From positions 1-35,017 of IMG/VR virus record IMGVR_UViG_3300010005_000003: a stretch of DNA of 35,017 nucleotides, one strand, 5' to 3'. The notes beneath the pieces were generated by a model. It worked only from the letters and a program-made list of their open reading frames with translations. It searched no databases and was not told the DNA's origin. The DNA is from a virus (taxonomy: Duplodnaviria > Caudoviricetes). Below are positions 24,486-33,147 of the stretch, piece by piece. Both the position numbers and the translations under genes were made by a program. How positions within the stretch are numbered: the first letter of the stretch is position 1; every line of letters begins with the position of its first letter.

Positions 24486-27400
24486 CACTTCGAACCCCCT
24501 CTTCATCGACCAGGAGGACGGCTCCGCGCTCCCGTCTCCGGAGTTGCTGGACCGCATTCGGGCCAACCCGGATAAGTACCCAACCGCAGCCCAGGACCTC
24601 GCAGACCTCTCCGGGAAGACCATAGAGGAGGTCGAAGCCATCATCGCGAACGGCACCCCGCAAAGCGCCTGGGAAACCGAAGGCGTCTGGGGTGTCGCCA
24701 AGCAGGCCGTCCGGAATGATCCGGTCATCGGTGGCCTCCTGGACATCTACCAGGGTGAGGCCGAGGCCGCTGCCGTGTTCAGCGACAAGCTGGGCTTCGA
24801 GGATGCCGCCGAGACCATCCGTGGGGCGGCTGACAGCCTCGATCCCAAGTTCGAAAGCGAGCAGGGCGTCGTCGAGAACATCACCGAGGGCGTCGGTCAG
24901 TCCGTCCCAGCCATCGGCGCTGGTATCGCTGCCGGTGCGCTCACGGGCGGTACTGGTGCCATCCCCCTGATCGCCGGTTCCATCGCGGGTGCCACGGTCG
25001 ATACCGCCACCTTCGAGAACGAAGACAACGCCTTCAACATGCTCCAGGAGATCGTCCCGGATCTGACCCCGGATGCCCTGGTGGTCACCGAGGAGGACGA
25101 CGACACGACCGGCACGGTGAAGCATTTCATCGGCAACCTCGTCATGGATGGTGCGATTTCCACCGTCGCCCACGCCGTGAAGCCGCTCCTGACCGCTGTC
25201 TCCCGAGGTGCATCCCCTGAGGAACTCAAGCCTCTCCTGCGGGAAGCCCAGGAGGCCGTCGAGGGCCCGACAATGACCACCGCCCAGATCAAGGACGTCA
25301 CCGCCCAGGTAGCCGAGAGGCGCATGGCGCAGAAGGTGGCCCTGATCGAGAAGCGCCCCGGCGCCGTGGTGGACCCTGTGGACCCAGTGGAGCGCAAGGC
25401 GTTCCATGAGGACGTCTTCGGGGGCTTCCATAGGCTCACCGAGAGGGCCGAAGAGGTGAACACCGCCTCCGCTGTCCGCTTCTCCGTCGAGAAGAAGCCG
25501 CTACTGGTCAAGTATGTGGACGACGTGCTCGAAACGGTCGCCGCTGGGGACTACGCACAGGCCGCTGAGTTGCTCCGCAAGGGCATCCGCATCGGGAAGA
25601 ACCGGATCGAGGACAATCACGTCGCGGTCCTGGAGCAGTCGCTCCTCCGTGCGGTCCAGAACAAGGTTGAGGCCAACTACGACCAGATCGTCAAGGCCAT
25701 CCGACAGGACCCGGCACTGCGCACCAAGGGTGTCTGGAGGAGGCTCTCCAGCGACTACCTGGACGCCAAGGCCAAGATCGGTGAACTCGACCGCCTCCAG
25801 GGCTCCAGCGCCGCCTACCAGTTCCTCGTCCGCAAGGGCGTGAAGTTCAAGGGCGGTGTCGAGGAGGTTCTTGAGGCCGAGAAGTACCTCAAGGAAACCT
25901 ACAAGGACGACCTGAAGGGCTTCGACCTGTTCGCCAACCGGGAAGACTACATCGCCGCCAACTCACTGAAGCTGGAGGACATGGGGATCAACTCGGTGGA
26001 CGTGATCGACACCCTGGAGCGCCAATTCGAGGAGTTCGACAAGGTCCGTGCGGGGCTCCTGGACAACCTCAAGACCAACCGGGCATCAAGGCTTACCCCC
26101 GAGGAGAAAAACTCGCTGACGGCCAGCTTTGTCCGAATGGTGAAGGATATCCAGGCGACCGCTCTGCTCGGTCAGCCCTCCACCACCGCGCTCGAAGTGT
26201 TCTCCAACACCTTCAACAACATGCTGCTTCCTATATTGGAGCACGGCGTCATCCGGAACCCGCGCAAGATTGCCCAGACTTACGCTGGGTACCTCAATGC
26301 GTGGAAGACCGCCGCCGCCGTCACCAAGAAGGCATGGAAGGCAGGGGAGGGTGTGGTTGACGCTTTCGACGCCACCGAGGGCGCTCACTTCTTCTCCTAT
26401 CCGGAGTTCAAGACCAACCCCATCAGGCACCTCATGCTGCGCCTCTTCAAGGCCGCTGCCGACATCTCGATTGCATCCGGAGAGTTCTGGAAGGCAACCC
26501 GAGGCTTCGGACTGGCCTACGTGGACGGCATCGAGATGGCCATGAAGAACGGAATGGGGCGTGTGGAGGCCAAGAGGTTCGCAAGGGAGTTCGCTCAGTC
26601 GCAGTTCGACGAGACCGGGCGCCTCACGAACGTCATGTATCGCAACGATGTGTCCCGCACCTCATGGCAAGCCGCCTTCGACACCCGCTACACCACCGGC
26701 AAGCTCGCCCAGGCAGTGGACAACTACCGCAACCGTAACGATCTCATCGGCCTGACGGCCCGTTCTGCCCTGCCGTTCTTCCGAACGCTGGTCAACATCG
26801 GCTCCGACAGCTTCCAGATGATCGTCCCCCCGGGTCTCCCCACGCTCCTCAAGAAGCTGGGTAAGGACCGCGAACTCCCGAAGGTCATCAAGGCCCTCGA
26901 CGACTTCACAGGGGCCAACGGTGTGGCTGCCCAGAACCGCGCAATCGGTCGGCACCGCCTCGGGATGACCCTGGTGGCCAGCATGGCGACCCTTCCGGAG
27001 ATCGTGGATGGCATCGAGATCACAGGACCGTCTGGCTTCCAGCAATGGGACGCCAAGAAGAGGGCCGCAGAGGGTATCCCGGCGAACTCCATCGTCATTG
27101 GGGACACCGCCTACGACCTGACGCGCTTCCTGCCGTTCTCGGCTCCGCTGATGATGGCCGGAATGATGCGTGACATGGTGCGGGAAGACCGCAATCGGAT
27201 CGAGGGAGCGAACTACAGCACCCCCGATATGGCCGACTACATGGTCAACTACTTCCCGGCGCTCGGTCTGACGGCGCTCACCCTGTTCCAGGACAGCGGT
27301 GCGGCCCAGGGCGTGTTCGATCTGATGACTGCCGTCAATGAAGCCCAGACCACGGGCGACACTGGGGCCCTCAAGAGGTACCTCCAGGGCTACGCCAAGC

Positions 27401-28203
27401 AGTACATCCCGGGCCCGGTCAAGGTGATCGCCAAGAACACCGATCCACACACCTACGAAGGCTACGACTTCTACAGCCAGTTCCTCGCTTCAGCCGGTCT
27501 CCCGACCGAGTTCAAGCGGCTGGACTTCGTTGGTCAGGAGATCATCGCCCCGTTCGGTCGAGGGATCAACTTCACGAACCCCAAGGCCCTCAAGCTCGAC
27601 GATCCGCTCTACGCCAAGTTCGCTGAGCTTAACCGCTACGAGGATCTGGGGATGGCCCTGCCGCGCCCCGACGACGTCTTCAAGAAAGCCGAATGGAAAT
27701 CCATCGGTGTGGACGTCGGGAACACCTGGGACAGCGGCAACCTGCCGAACCTCTCAACCATGAAGCTTCCCGATGGCCGCAACGCCTGGGACGCCTATCG
27801 GACCTGGGTCTACCAGGGAAAGATCACGGAGGGGGAGGTGAAGAAGTCAACCGCCATGTACGGGGACCGGATCTACGTCGGTGACGTCAGGCTGCGCCCA
27901 GGGGAAAACCTTGAGCAGACCCTCCGTCGCCTCGTGGCATCTGAGGACTTCCACAACATGACGTCAGACGCCCAGGCCAAGGTCTTCGAGACCACGCTGG
28001 GGATCTTCAAGGAGCATGCCAAGGATTACCTCAAGGCCAACCTCATGGTTGACCCAGGGATCTTCGAGGGTAGCCGCTACGGCGCCCCGATCAAGGAACC
28101 AACGTCCATTGAGGACACCGTGAAGGCCGGGAAGAAGCTCGCAACGAGCGTCCAGGTCACCAAGGGTTCTCGCTTAGAGGACGCATTTGCAATCAAGGAC
28201 TAA
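24478..28203 (+). CDS. gp16: Internal virion protein D (gp16-like ejection protein)
   Basis: 1241-aa helical protein between gp15 and the tail fibre. LPFFRTLVNI motif. Confidence 0.8.
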   Translation: MDNTSNPLFIDQEDGSALPSPELLDRIRANPDKYPTAAQDLADLSGKTIEEVEAIIANGTPQSAWETEGVWGVAKQAVRNDPVIGGLLDIYQGEAEAAAVFSDKLGFEDAAETIRGAADSLDPKFESEQGVVENITEGVGQSVPAIGAGIAAGALTGGTGAIPLIAGSIAGATVDTATFENEDNAFNMLQEIVPDLTPDALVVTEEDDDTTGTVKHFIGNLVMDGAISTVAHAVKPLLTAVSRGASPEELKPLLREAQEAVEGPTMTTAQIKDVTAQVAERRMAQKVALIEKRPGAVVDPVDPVERKAFHEDVFGGFHRLTERAEEVNTASAVRFSVEKKPLLVKYVDDVLETVAAGDYAQAAELLRKGIRIGKNRIEDNHVAVLEQSLLRAVQNKVEANYDQIVKAIRQDPALRTKGVWRRLSSDYLDAKAKIGELDRLQGSSAAYQFLVRKGVKFKGGVEEVLEAEKYLKETYKDDLKGFDLFANREDYIAANSLKLEDMGINSVDVIDTLERQFEEFDKVRAGLLDNLKTNRASRLTPEEKNSLTASFVRMVKDIQATALLGQPSTTALEVFSNTFNNMLLPILEHGVIRNPRKIAQTYAGYLNAWKTAAAVTKKAWKAGEGVVDAFDATEGAHFFSYPEFKTNPIRHLMLRLFKAAADISIASGEFWKATRGFGLAYVDGIEMAMKNGMGRVEAKRFAREFAQSQFDETGRLTNVMYRNDVSRTSWQAAFDTRYTTGKLAQAVDNYRNRNDLIGLTARSALPFFRTLVNIGSDSFQMIVPPGLPTLLKKLGKDRELPKVIKALDDFTGANGVAAQNRAIGRHRLGMTLVASMATLPEIVDGIEITGPSGFQQWDAKKRAAEGIPANSIVIGDTAYDLTRFLPFSAPLMMAGMMRDMVREDRNRIEGANYSTPDMADYMVNYFPALGLTALTLFQDSGAAQGVFDLMTAVNEAQTTGDTGALKRYLQGYAKQYIPGPVKVIAKNTDPHTYEGYDFYSQFLASAGLPTEFKRLDFVGQEIIAPFGRGINFTNPKALKLDDPLYAKFAELNRYEDLGMALPRPDDVFKKAEWKSIGVDVGNTWDSGNLPNLSTMKLPDGRNAWDAYRTWVYQGKITEGEVKKSTAMYGDRIYVGDVRLRPGENLEQTLRRLVASEDFHNMTSDAQAKVFETTLGIFKEHAKDYLKANLMVDPGIFEGSRYGAPIKEPTSIEDTVKAGKKLATSVQVTKGSRLEDAFAIKD

Positions 28204-28206
28204 CCC

Positions 28207-28959
28207 GTGGCAGACACCTATGTCATCCACGAGGGTCAGACTGGGGCCGTGAGTAACTACGCGGTCCCTTTCGACTACCTCTCCAAGACTTTCGTGAAGG
28301 CAACGGTCAACGGCACTCCGGTGTCGTTCACCTTCCTCTCGACCTACCTGATCGAGATCCTGCCGAACCCCATTGGCACCGTTAAGATCTACCGAGACAC
28401 CCCCGACGAGGCCATCACGACCTTTACGGACGGCTCGGTGCTCCTCGACGACGACCTCAACTCTGCCTTCGTTCAGTCCATCCACATCTCCCAGGAAGCC
28501 AAGGACACGGCAACCGACGAGATGGATGCCAAGATCGAGATCGCAGAGGGTCTCCTGGAGGAAACTGAGGATGCTCGCGACGAGACAGTCTCCAATGCCG
28601 CAGCAGCGGCGGCGAGCGCAGCAACGGCTATCGCGAATAAGGACCTGACGATCCCTGCGGCGGCTACTGCGGTGGCGAGCAAGGACCTAGCGGTAACCAA
28701 GGCCGCAGAGGCAGCCGCGAGTGCAGCCCAGGCCCAGGCGCTGGTGGACAGTATCTCGGACGGCCCGGTCACTTCTGTCAACGGCAAAACCGGAATTGTC
28801 TCAGGTCTCGCAGAACAGTCCAACACCTACACGAAGACCGAGACCGACAACAAGATCACGGACACTTCCTACACCAAGGCCCAGGTTGACGCCATCATCG
28901 CTGAAGTAGCGGGGAACGTCGGTATTGTCTCGGCCTACAAGTATGCGGATTTCTTCTAA
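28207..28959 (+). CDS. gp17: Short tail fibre / adapter with T7 gp17 N-terminal anchor domain
   Basis: VPFDYLSKTFVKA, IYRDTP, FTDGSVL...DLN.A..QSIHISQE, then VTSVNGKTG and YTK..D repeats. Confidence 0.92.
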   Translation: MADTYVIHEGQTGAVSNYAVPFDYLSKTFVKATVNGTPVSFTFLSTYLIEILPNPIGTVKIYRDTPDEAITTFTDGSVLLDDDLNSAFVQSIHISQEAKDTATDEMDAKIEIAEGLLEETEDARDETVSNAAAAAASAATAIANKDLTIPAAATAVASKDLAVTKAAEAAASAAQAQALVDSISDGPVTSVNGKTGIVSGLAEQSNTYTKTETDNKITDTSYTKAQVDAIIAEVAGNVGIVSAYKYADFF

Positions 28960-30140
28960 TGACCGACACTGTAAAGCAGTTCTACAACAGCAACCCCACC
29001 TTCGCCCAGCTTCAGGCCGGTGTATCCCTCGTGTCCCCTGCCGTTAACACAGCGGCGTTCGTCAAGAGCATCCTTCTGCGCTCCACGACGTCCCGTCAGT
29101 TCGGCCTGTTCATCGGCCCCACGATGCTCAATTCATGGACCGGGACTGCGGAGCTTAGTGGGACCGAGTTGGTTCCCTCGGGCGCCACGCTGGCCCTCAA
29201 GGCACTGTCTGGCCCTGCGTTCAACAACGTGGCCTTCGCGCCATCGACCGTGTCTCTTGTGCAGTGGAACGGCGCCACCATGTTTGGTGATGACGTTGGG
29301 GAAACCTCGGAGAGTTACGTCGCCTCGGTGACTACATCGATCACCACGGCCCTGGGCTACACTCCCGATTTCATCTGCTTCGACGCCGCTGGAAACTTCT
29401 ACTATGGGACCAGATCAACTCAGGACATCAGGCGACGTGCCGGTGGCGTGAATGGCGCAGAGACGCTCCACGCGAGCTTCGGAGAGGTGAAGTGCTTCGA
29501 CGGCGAGCGGTACCTCTACGGAATGACCAGTTCGACGACCCTCAAGGTGCTCGACACGCTGACCAATACGGTCTCGACGGTGACACTCTCAGCCAATCCA
29601 TCCAGTTTCCACAACATCGGGTCCAGGCTATGCGCCATTGATGGATACGTGATCCACGCCGGTTCGAATGGCGTCACTGGGGACATCTTCAATGCGTCCA
29701 CGGGCGCTCGCACAGGCGGGTTCCAGATGGATGGTGTCTCAACCGCTCTCCGCCCCATGGAGATCAACAAGGACCTCGATGGGAACTACTGGATACTCAG
29801 CTTCAACAACGACACAACGCAGTGGATCAACGGCCTCGGCCCTGATCTGTCGCGCCCCACTGCTGTATTCAGAAGCTTCACCATCACTGGAGGCCTAACC
29901 CCCACGAGCAACCCCTACTATAACCGCCTGTGGAGACCCAAGGGTGTCCCTGGAGTTCTCGTCGGCGTCTCCACGAACAGCGTGTTCCTCTATGACATCC
30001 AGACTGGCAAGACCCTGGCGACGAAGATCGGGACCACGGCGTTTCCCACCTACCCGTTCTGCCCGCTTGTGGATGTCGATAAGGCAGCCGCACACTTTGG
30101 CACCGTCAGTGCCCGTTGCGTTGGAGTGGAGGTATCCTAA
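28959..30140 (+). CDS. Putative receptor-binding protein (beta-propeller-like)
   Basis: TAATG coupling to gp17. Beta-rich repeats (FDAAGNFYY, FDGERYLYG, DLDGNYWI). Confidence 0.65.
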   Translation: MTDTVKQFYNSNPTFAQLQAGVSLVSPAVNTAAFVKSILLRSTTSRQFGLFIGPTMLNSWTGTAELSGTELVPSGATLALKALSGPAFNNVAFAPSTVSLVQWNGATMFGDDVGETSESYVASVTTSITTALGYTPDFICFDAAGNFYYGTRSTQDIRRRAGGVNGAETLHASFGEVKCFDGERYLYGMTSSTTLKVLDTLTNTVSTVTLSANPSSFHNIGSRLCAIDGYVIHAGSNGVTGDIFNASTGARTGGFQMDGVSTALRPMEINKDLDGNYWILSFNNDTTQWINGLGPDLSRPTAVFRSFTITGGLTPTSNPYYNRLWRPKGVPGVLVGVSTNSVFLYDIQTGKTLATKIGTTAFPTYPFCPLVDVDKAAAHFGTVSARCVGVEVS

Positions 30141-30403
30141 TGGCGCTCGAAGTTAAAACCCCAACCCTCAAGAAGCAGGTTGCTGCAAGCGCCGCTAACA
30201 CAGGCGCCATCGTTTACGTCGTCCCGAACGGCAAGACGTTCGTTGGCCACATCATGGTGAACGGCGGGCAGCAGGCCCAGGTTAACGGAGCGGCGATCCC
30301 CTCGACGACCAATACCACTGTCGTCCTTCCCGTCACACTGCTGGCCGGTACCGTCGTCAAATGTGGCGCCACGGCGACCACCGTTGTGGGGGTTGAGCAG
30401 TGA
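30140..30403 (+). CDS. Small beta-rich tail-associated protein
   Basis: GGAGG RBS and TAATG coupling. Confidence 0.75.
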   Translation: MALEVKTPTLKKQVAASAANTGAIVYVVPNGKTFVGHIMVNGGQQAQVNGAAIPSTTNTTVVLPVTLLAGTVVKCGATATTVVGVEQ

Positions 30404-30837
30404 TCGTAACCGTCGCACCAGACCTCTCTGAGGTAACCGCAGTTCTCCCCTCGGGCGAGTGGCTGCGTCTGGGCGGCTTCAACCCGGAGACCCAGGAACC
30501 CTGGGTTTCCCCTGAGGCTGCCACTGAATACGCCAAGGCTTGCGTCGGACGTGAGGGCTTCTGGAACTCCCCAGACGTCCCCATGGACCCGGCTCCTGTC
30601 CTCCCCAATCTCACCCAGCGGCAGTTCCGCCTGGGGCTCCTCAGTGCTGGCCTCCTGGCTGGCGTCGAGACCGCGATTGACGCTCTCCCCGAGCCTGATC
30701 GCACCGCCGCGAAGATCGAGTTCGAATACGCCTCGGTCGTCGTCCGCACAGACCCCTGGGTAACCGATCTGGCTGCCGTACTGGGGCTGACCGACCAGGA
30801 GATCGACACTCTCTGGCTCTGGGCGTCCGCGCTCTGA
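30400..30837 (+). CDS. Putative tail fibre assembly protein
   Basis: LTQRQFRLGL...EYA..V.R.DP.V..LA..LGLT..EID.L pattern common downstream of tail fibres. Confidence 0.65.
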   Translation: MIVTVAPDLSEVTAVLPSGEWLRLGGFNPETQEPWVSPEAATEYAKACVGREGFWNSPDVPMDPAPVLPNLTQRQFRLGLLSAGLLAGVETAIDALPEPDRTAAKIEFEYASVVVRTDPWVTDLAAVLGLTDQEIDTLWLWASAL

Positions 30838-30844
30838 CAACTCA

Positions 30845-30864
30845 GGGGCTCCTCAGGGGGCCCC
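30845..30864 (+). other. Intergenic hairpin before the endolysin
   Basis: GGGGCTCC-TCAG-GGGGCCCC followed by a pyrimidine tract. Confidence 0.6.
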
Positions 30865-30890
30865 GCTCTTTCTCCCCTTGAAACACGAAC

Positions 30891-31601
30891 ATGGATCTCA
30901 AGACCATCGCAGCCGCCCTGGCTGCACTCTTCAGCGGCCCAGCAGCGGCCCCTACAGCAGCACCGGCAGTCCCGGCTCCGGTTGCCCCAGCGTTGAACCT
31001 CAAGGCGTTCTACGACGCCATACGGTCCAGCATTCCGCTGACCGCCACGAACGTCCAGGGCTTCGACTTTGTGTTGACCCGGGGCGCCTCCTACAAGGTC
31101 CCGCGTAACCACCTCGCGTATGTCCTGGCGACCGCCTATTGGGAAACCGCCAAGACCATGCAGCCCGTCCGTGAGGCGTTCTGGCTCGACAAGCCCGACG
31201 TTGCCCGTGGCGACCGCATCCGTGCGGCCAACGCGACCATCAAGCGGTACTTCCCGTATTACGGTCGGGGTTACGTGCAGTTGACCTGGGACTACAACTA
31301 CGTGAAGGCGACCAAGTACTTCCGGGACGTCCTCAAGATCGACGTGGACTTCGTGAAGAACCCTGACCTCGTCATGGTCCCCGAGTACGCGATCATCATC
31401 CTCTTCGTAGGCATGAAGGAAGGCTGGTTCACCGGCAAGTCCCTCTACGACTACATCGACGGTCTCGACGAGGCCGACAGCGAAGACCTCCGCGAGTTCA
31501 CCAACGCTCGCCGGATCGTCAACGGCACAGACAAGCAGATCGAGATCGGTAAGCTTGCCCTCATCATGGAGCGCGGTCTCAAGGCCGCTGGTTACGCCTA
31601 A
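30891..31601 (+). CDS. Endolysin, glycoside hydrolase family 19-like
   Basis: AYVLATAYWET, YYGRGYVQLTWDYNY, NPDLV, ARRIVNG. Confidence 0.92.
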   Translation: MDLKTIAAALAALFSGPAAAPTAAPAVPAPVAPALNLKAFYDAIRSSIPLTATNVQGFDFVLTRGASYKVPRNHLAYVLATAYWETAKTMQPVREAFWLDKPDVARGDRIRAANATIKRYFPYYGRGYVQLTWDYNYVKATKYFRDVLKIDVDFVKNPDLVMVPEYAIIILFVGMKEGWFTGKSLYDYIDGLDEADSEDLREFTNARRIVNGTDKQIEIGKLALIMERGLKAAGYA

Positions 31602-32383
31602 TGCCATCATTCCCCAAGCGCCAGCTTAACGCTGCCGATATCCTTACCCAGAGCGTGTTCACCGCCAACGGCCAGATCGAGGCCTTCGATGTCACCGAGT
31701 TCAACACCATCGCCATTCAGATCGCAGTGGCGGGAACTCTGACGTATGTCCCCGAAGTGTCCCTCGACGGCACCGTCTGGGTACCAGCCATGGGCTTCCT
31801 CGTGTCCTCGGGCTCGCAGGCAACCACGCTCGCGAACGCCGCACTGGGCTCCATCTACCGCTACAACGTGGCTGGCGTTCGTCGCTTCCGACTTCGCTGC
31901 TCGGCGTTTACCTCGACGGGGACGGTGTCTGTGTTCCGTGCAGCCCTCCCGGCTGAAGGCGTAGATGCCGCTACAGCCCTCCCGGTAGGTACCAACCTGA
32001 TTGGTGACGTGGGCATTGGCGTCAGGGCCACGGCTGGTGGCCTGTCCACCCTGGGCCGCTTGGCGTCCTCCGCTGCGACCACCAACGCCACCCTGGTCAG
32101 GAACTCGGCCTGCCGCCTCTACAAGATCCGGGGCTTCAACGCCTCCGCAGCAACCAAGTTCATGAAGCTCTACAACAAGGCCACCGCGCCGACTGTAGGC
32201 ACTGACACCCCGGTTGCTACGCTCGGCCTGAAGGCTGGCGAGCCGTTCGACATCGACTTCGTCCCGACCGGCCTCTCTTTCGCGACTGGTCTGGGTTACG
32301 CCCTGACTGGCGCTGCTGCTGACAACGACACCACGGCCTTGGCTGCCGGTGACATCGTCGGCCTTAACGTCTGGTATGTCTAA
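31601..32383 (+). CDS. Hypothetical two-domain beta-rich protein
   Basis: TAATG coupling at both ends, A/T/G-rich, late-type codon usage. Confidence 0.85.
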   Translation: MPSFPKRQLNAADILTQSVFTANGQIEAFDVTEFNTIAIQIAVAGTLTYVPEVSLDGTVWVPAMGFLVSSGSQATTLANAALGSIYRYNVAGVRRFRLRCSAFTSTGTVSVFRAALPAEGVDAATALPVGTNLIGDVGIGVRATAGGLSTLGRLASSAATTNATLVRNSACRLYKIRGFNASAATKFMKLYNKATAPTVGTDTPVATLGLKAGEPFDIDFVPTGLSFATGLGYALTGAAADNDTTALAAGDIVGLNVWYV

Positions 32384-32640
32384 TGGCTGAACCCGTTTCC
32401 CCCGAAGTTACCCCCACGGTCACCCCGTGGGTCCTCAAGTACCTCCGTCCGCTCATCGTGGGCAACATGGTGCTCCTGCTCAACGCTATCATCCTGCTGG
32501 CGTTCTTTGATCCCCGCAAGGCTACCCAGGTGGCCGAGACCCTGACTACGATCCCCGACTTCGTCTGGACGGTCGTCCTCGGTACGCTCGGTGCTCACTT
32601 CGTGGGCCGCTCGGTGGAGAAGGTGAAGGGTGTCGCATAA
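32383..32640 (+). CDS. Putative holin
   Basis: 85 aa, two hydrophobic segments, GRSVEK basic tail, near the endolysin. Confidence 0.75.
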   Translation: MAEPVSPEVTPTVTPWVLKYLRPLIVGNMVLLLNAIILLAFFDPRKATQVAETLTTIPDFVWTVVLGTLGAHFVGRSVEKVKGVA

Positions 32641-32873
32641 TGGATGCCAATAGCCTGATCCCCGAGGTGATCCGCTCCCTCGGTCGTATCGAGGGCAAGC
32701 AGGACCGCTTCCTAGAGAACCACGACAAGCTGCGCCTTGACCATGACAAGCTGGCCTCGAAGGTGGACGCGGTGGAAAACAAGCTCCACTGGCTGGCCGG
32801 TGTTTCGGCTGCCGTGGGCGCCTCCATGTTCCTCTTCAAGGACAAGCTCCTCTCCATCCTGTGGGGTGGCTAA
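32640..32873 (+). CDS. Coiled-coil plus C-terminal TM protein (XhlA-like architecture)
   Basis: LGRIEGK.D coiled coil followed by a hydrophobic helix. Confidence 0.7.
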   Translation: MDANSLIPEVIRSLGRIEGKQDRFLENHDKLRLDHDKLASKVDAVENKLHWLAGVSAAVGASMFLFKDKLLSILWGG

Positions 32874-33100
32874 TGTCCTCTGCATCCAAAGACCTCATGG
32901 AACTCCTCCACGGCACCGTGGCGCAGGAGCTTCTGGACCGCATCAAGACGGGTGAGGCATCCTCCGCTGACATCTCGAATGCCATCAAGTTCCTCAAGGA
33001 CAACGGCATCGAGGCGAGGGCGGATAAGAACACCGGCATCCAGTCTCTGGCAGCATCGTTCCCGACCTTCAAGGACGATGACGAGTACGCCGTCAACTAA
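32873..33100 (+). CDS. gp18: Terminase small subunit (gp18-like)
   Basis: LHG.VAQELLDRIKTGEA..ADISNAIKFLKDNGI. Confidence 0.92.
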   Translation: MSSASKDLMELLHGTVAQELLDRIKTGEASSADISNAIKFLKDNGIEARADKNTGIQSLAASFPTFKDDDEYAVN

Positions 33101-33105
33101 AGGGT

Positions 33106-33119
33106 AGGCCTTCGGGCCT
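33106..33119 (+). other. UUCG hairpin between the terminase genes
   Basis: AGGCC-TTCG-GGCCT with no U-tract. Confidence 0.55.
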
Positions 33120-33147
33120 CCCACCTCTGCTCCCCCAGGCTCCCCCT

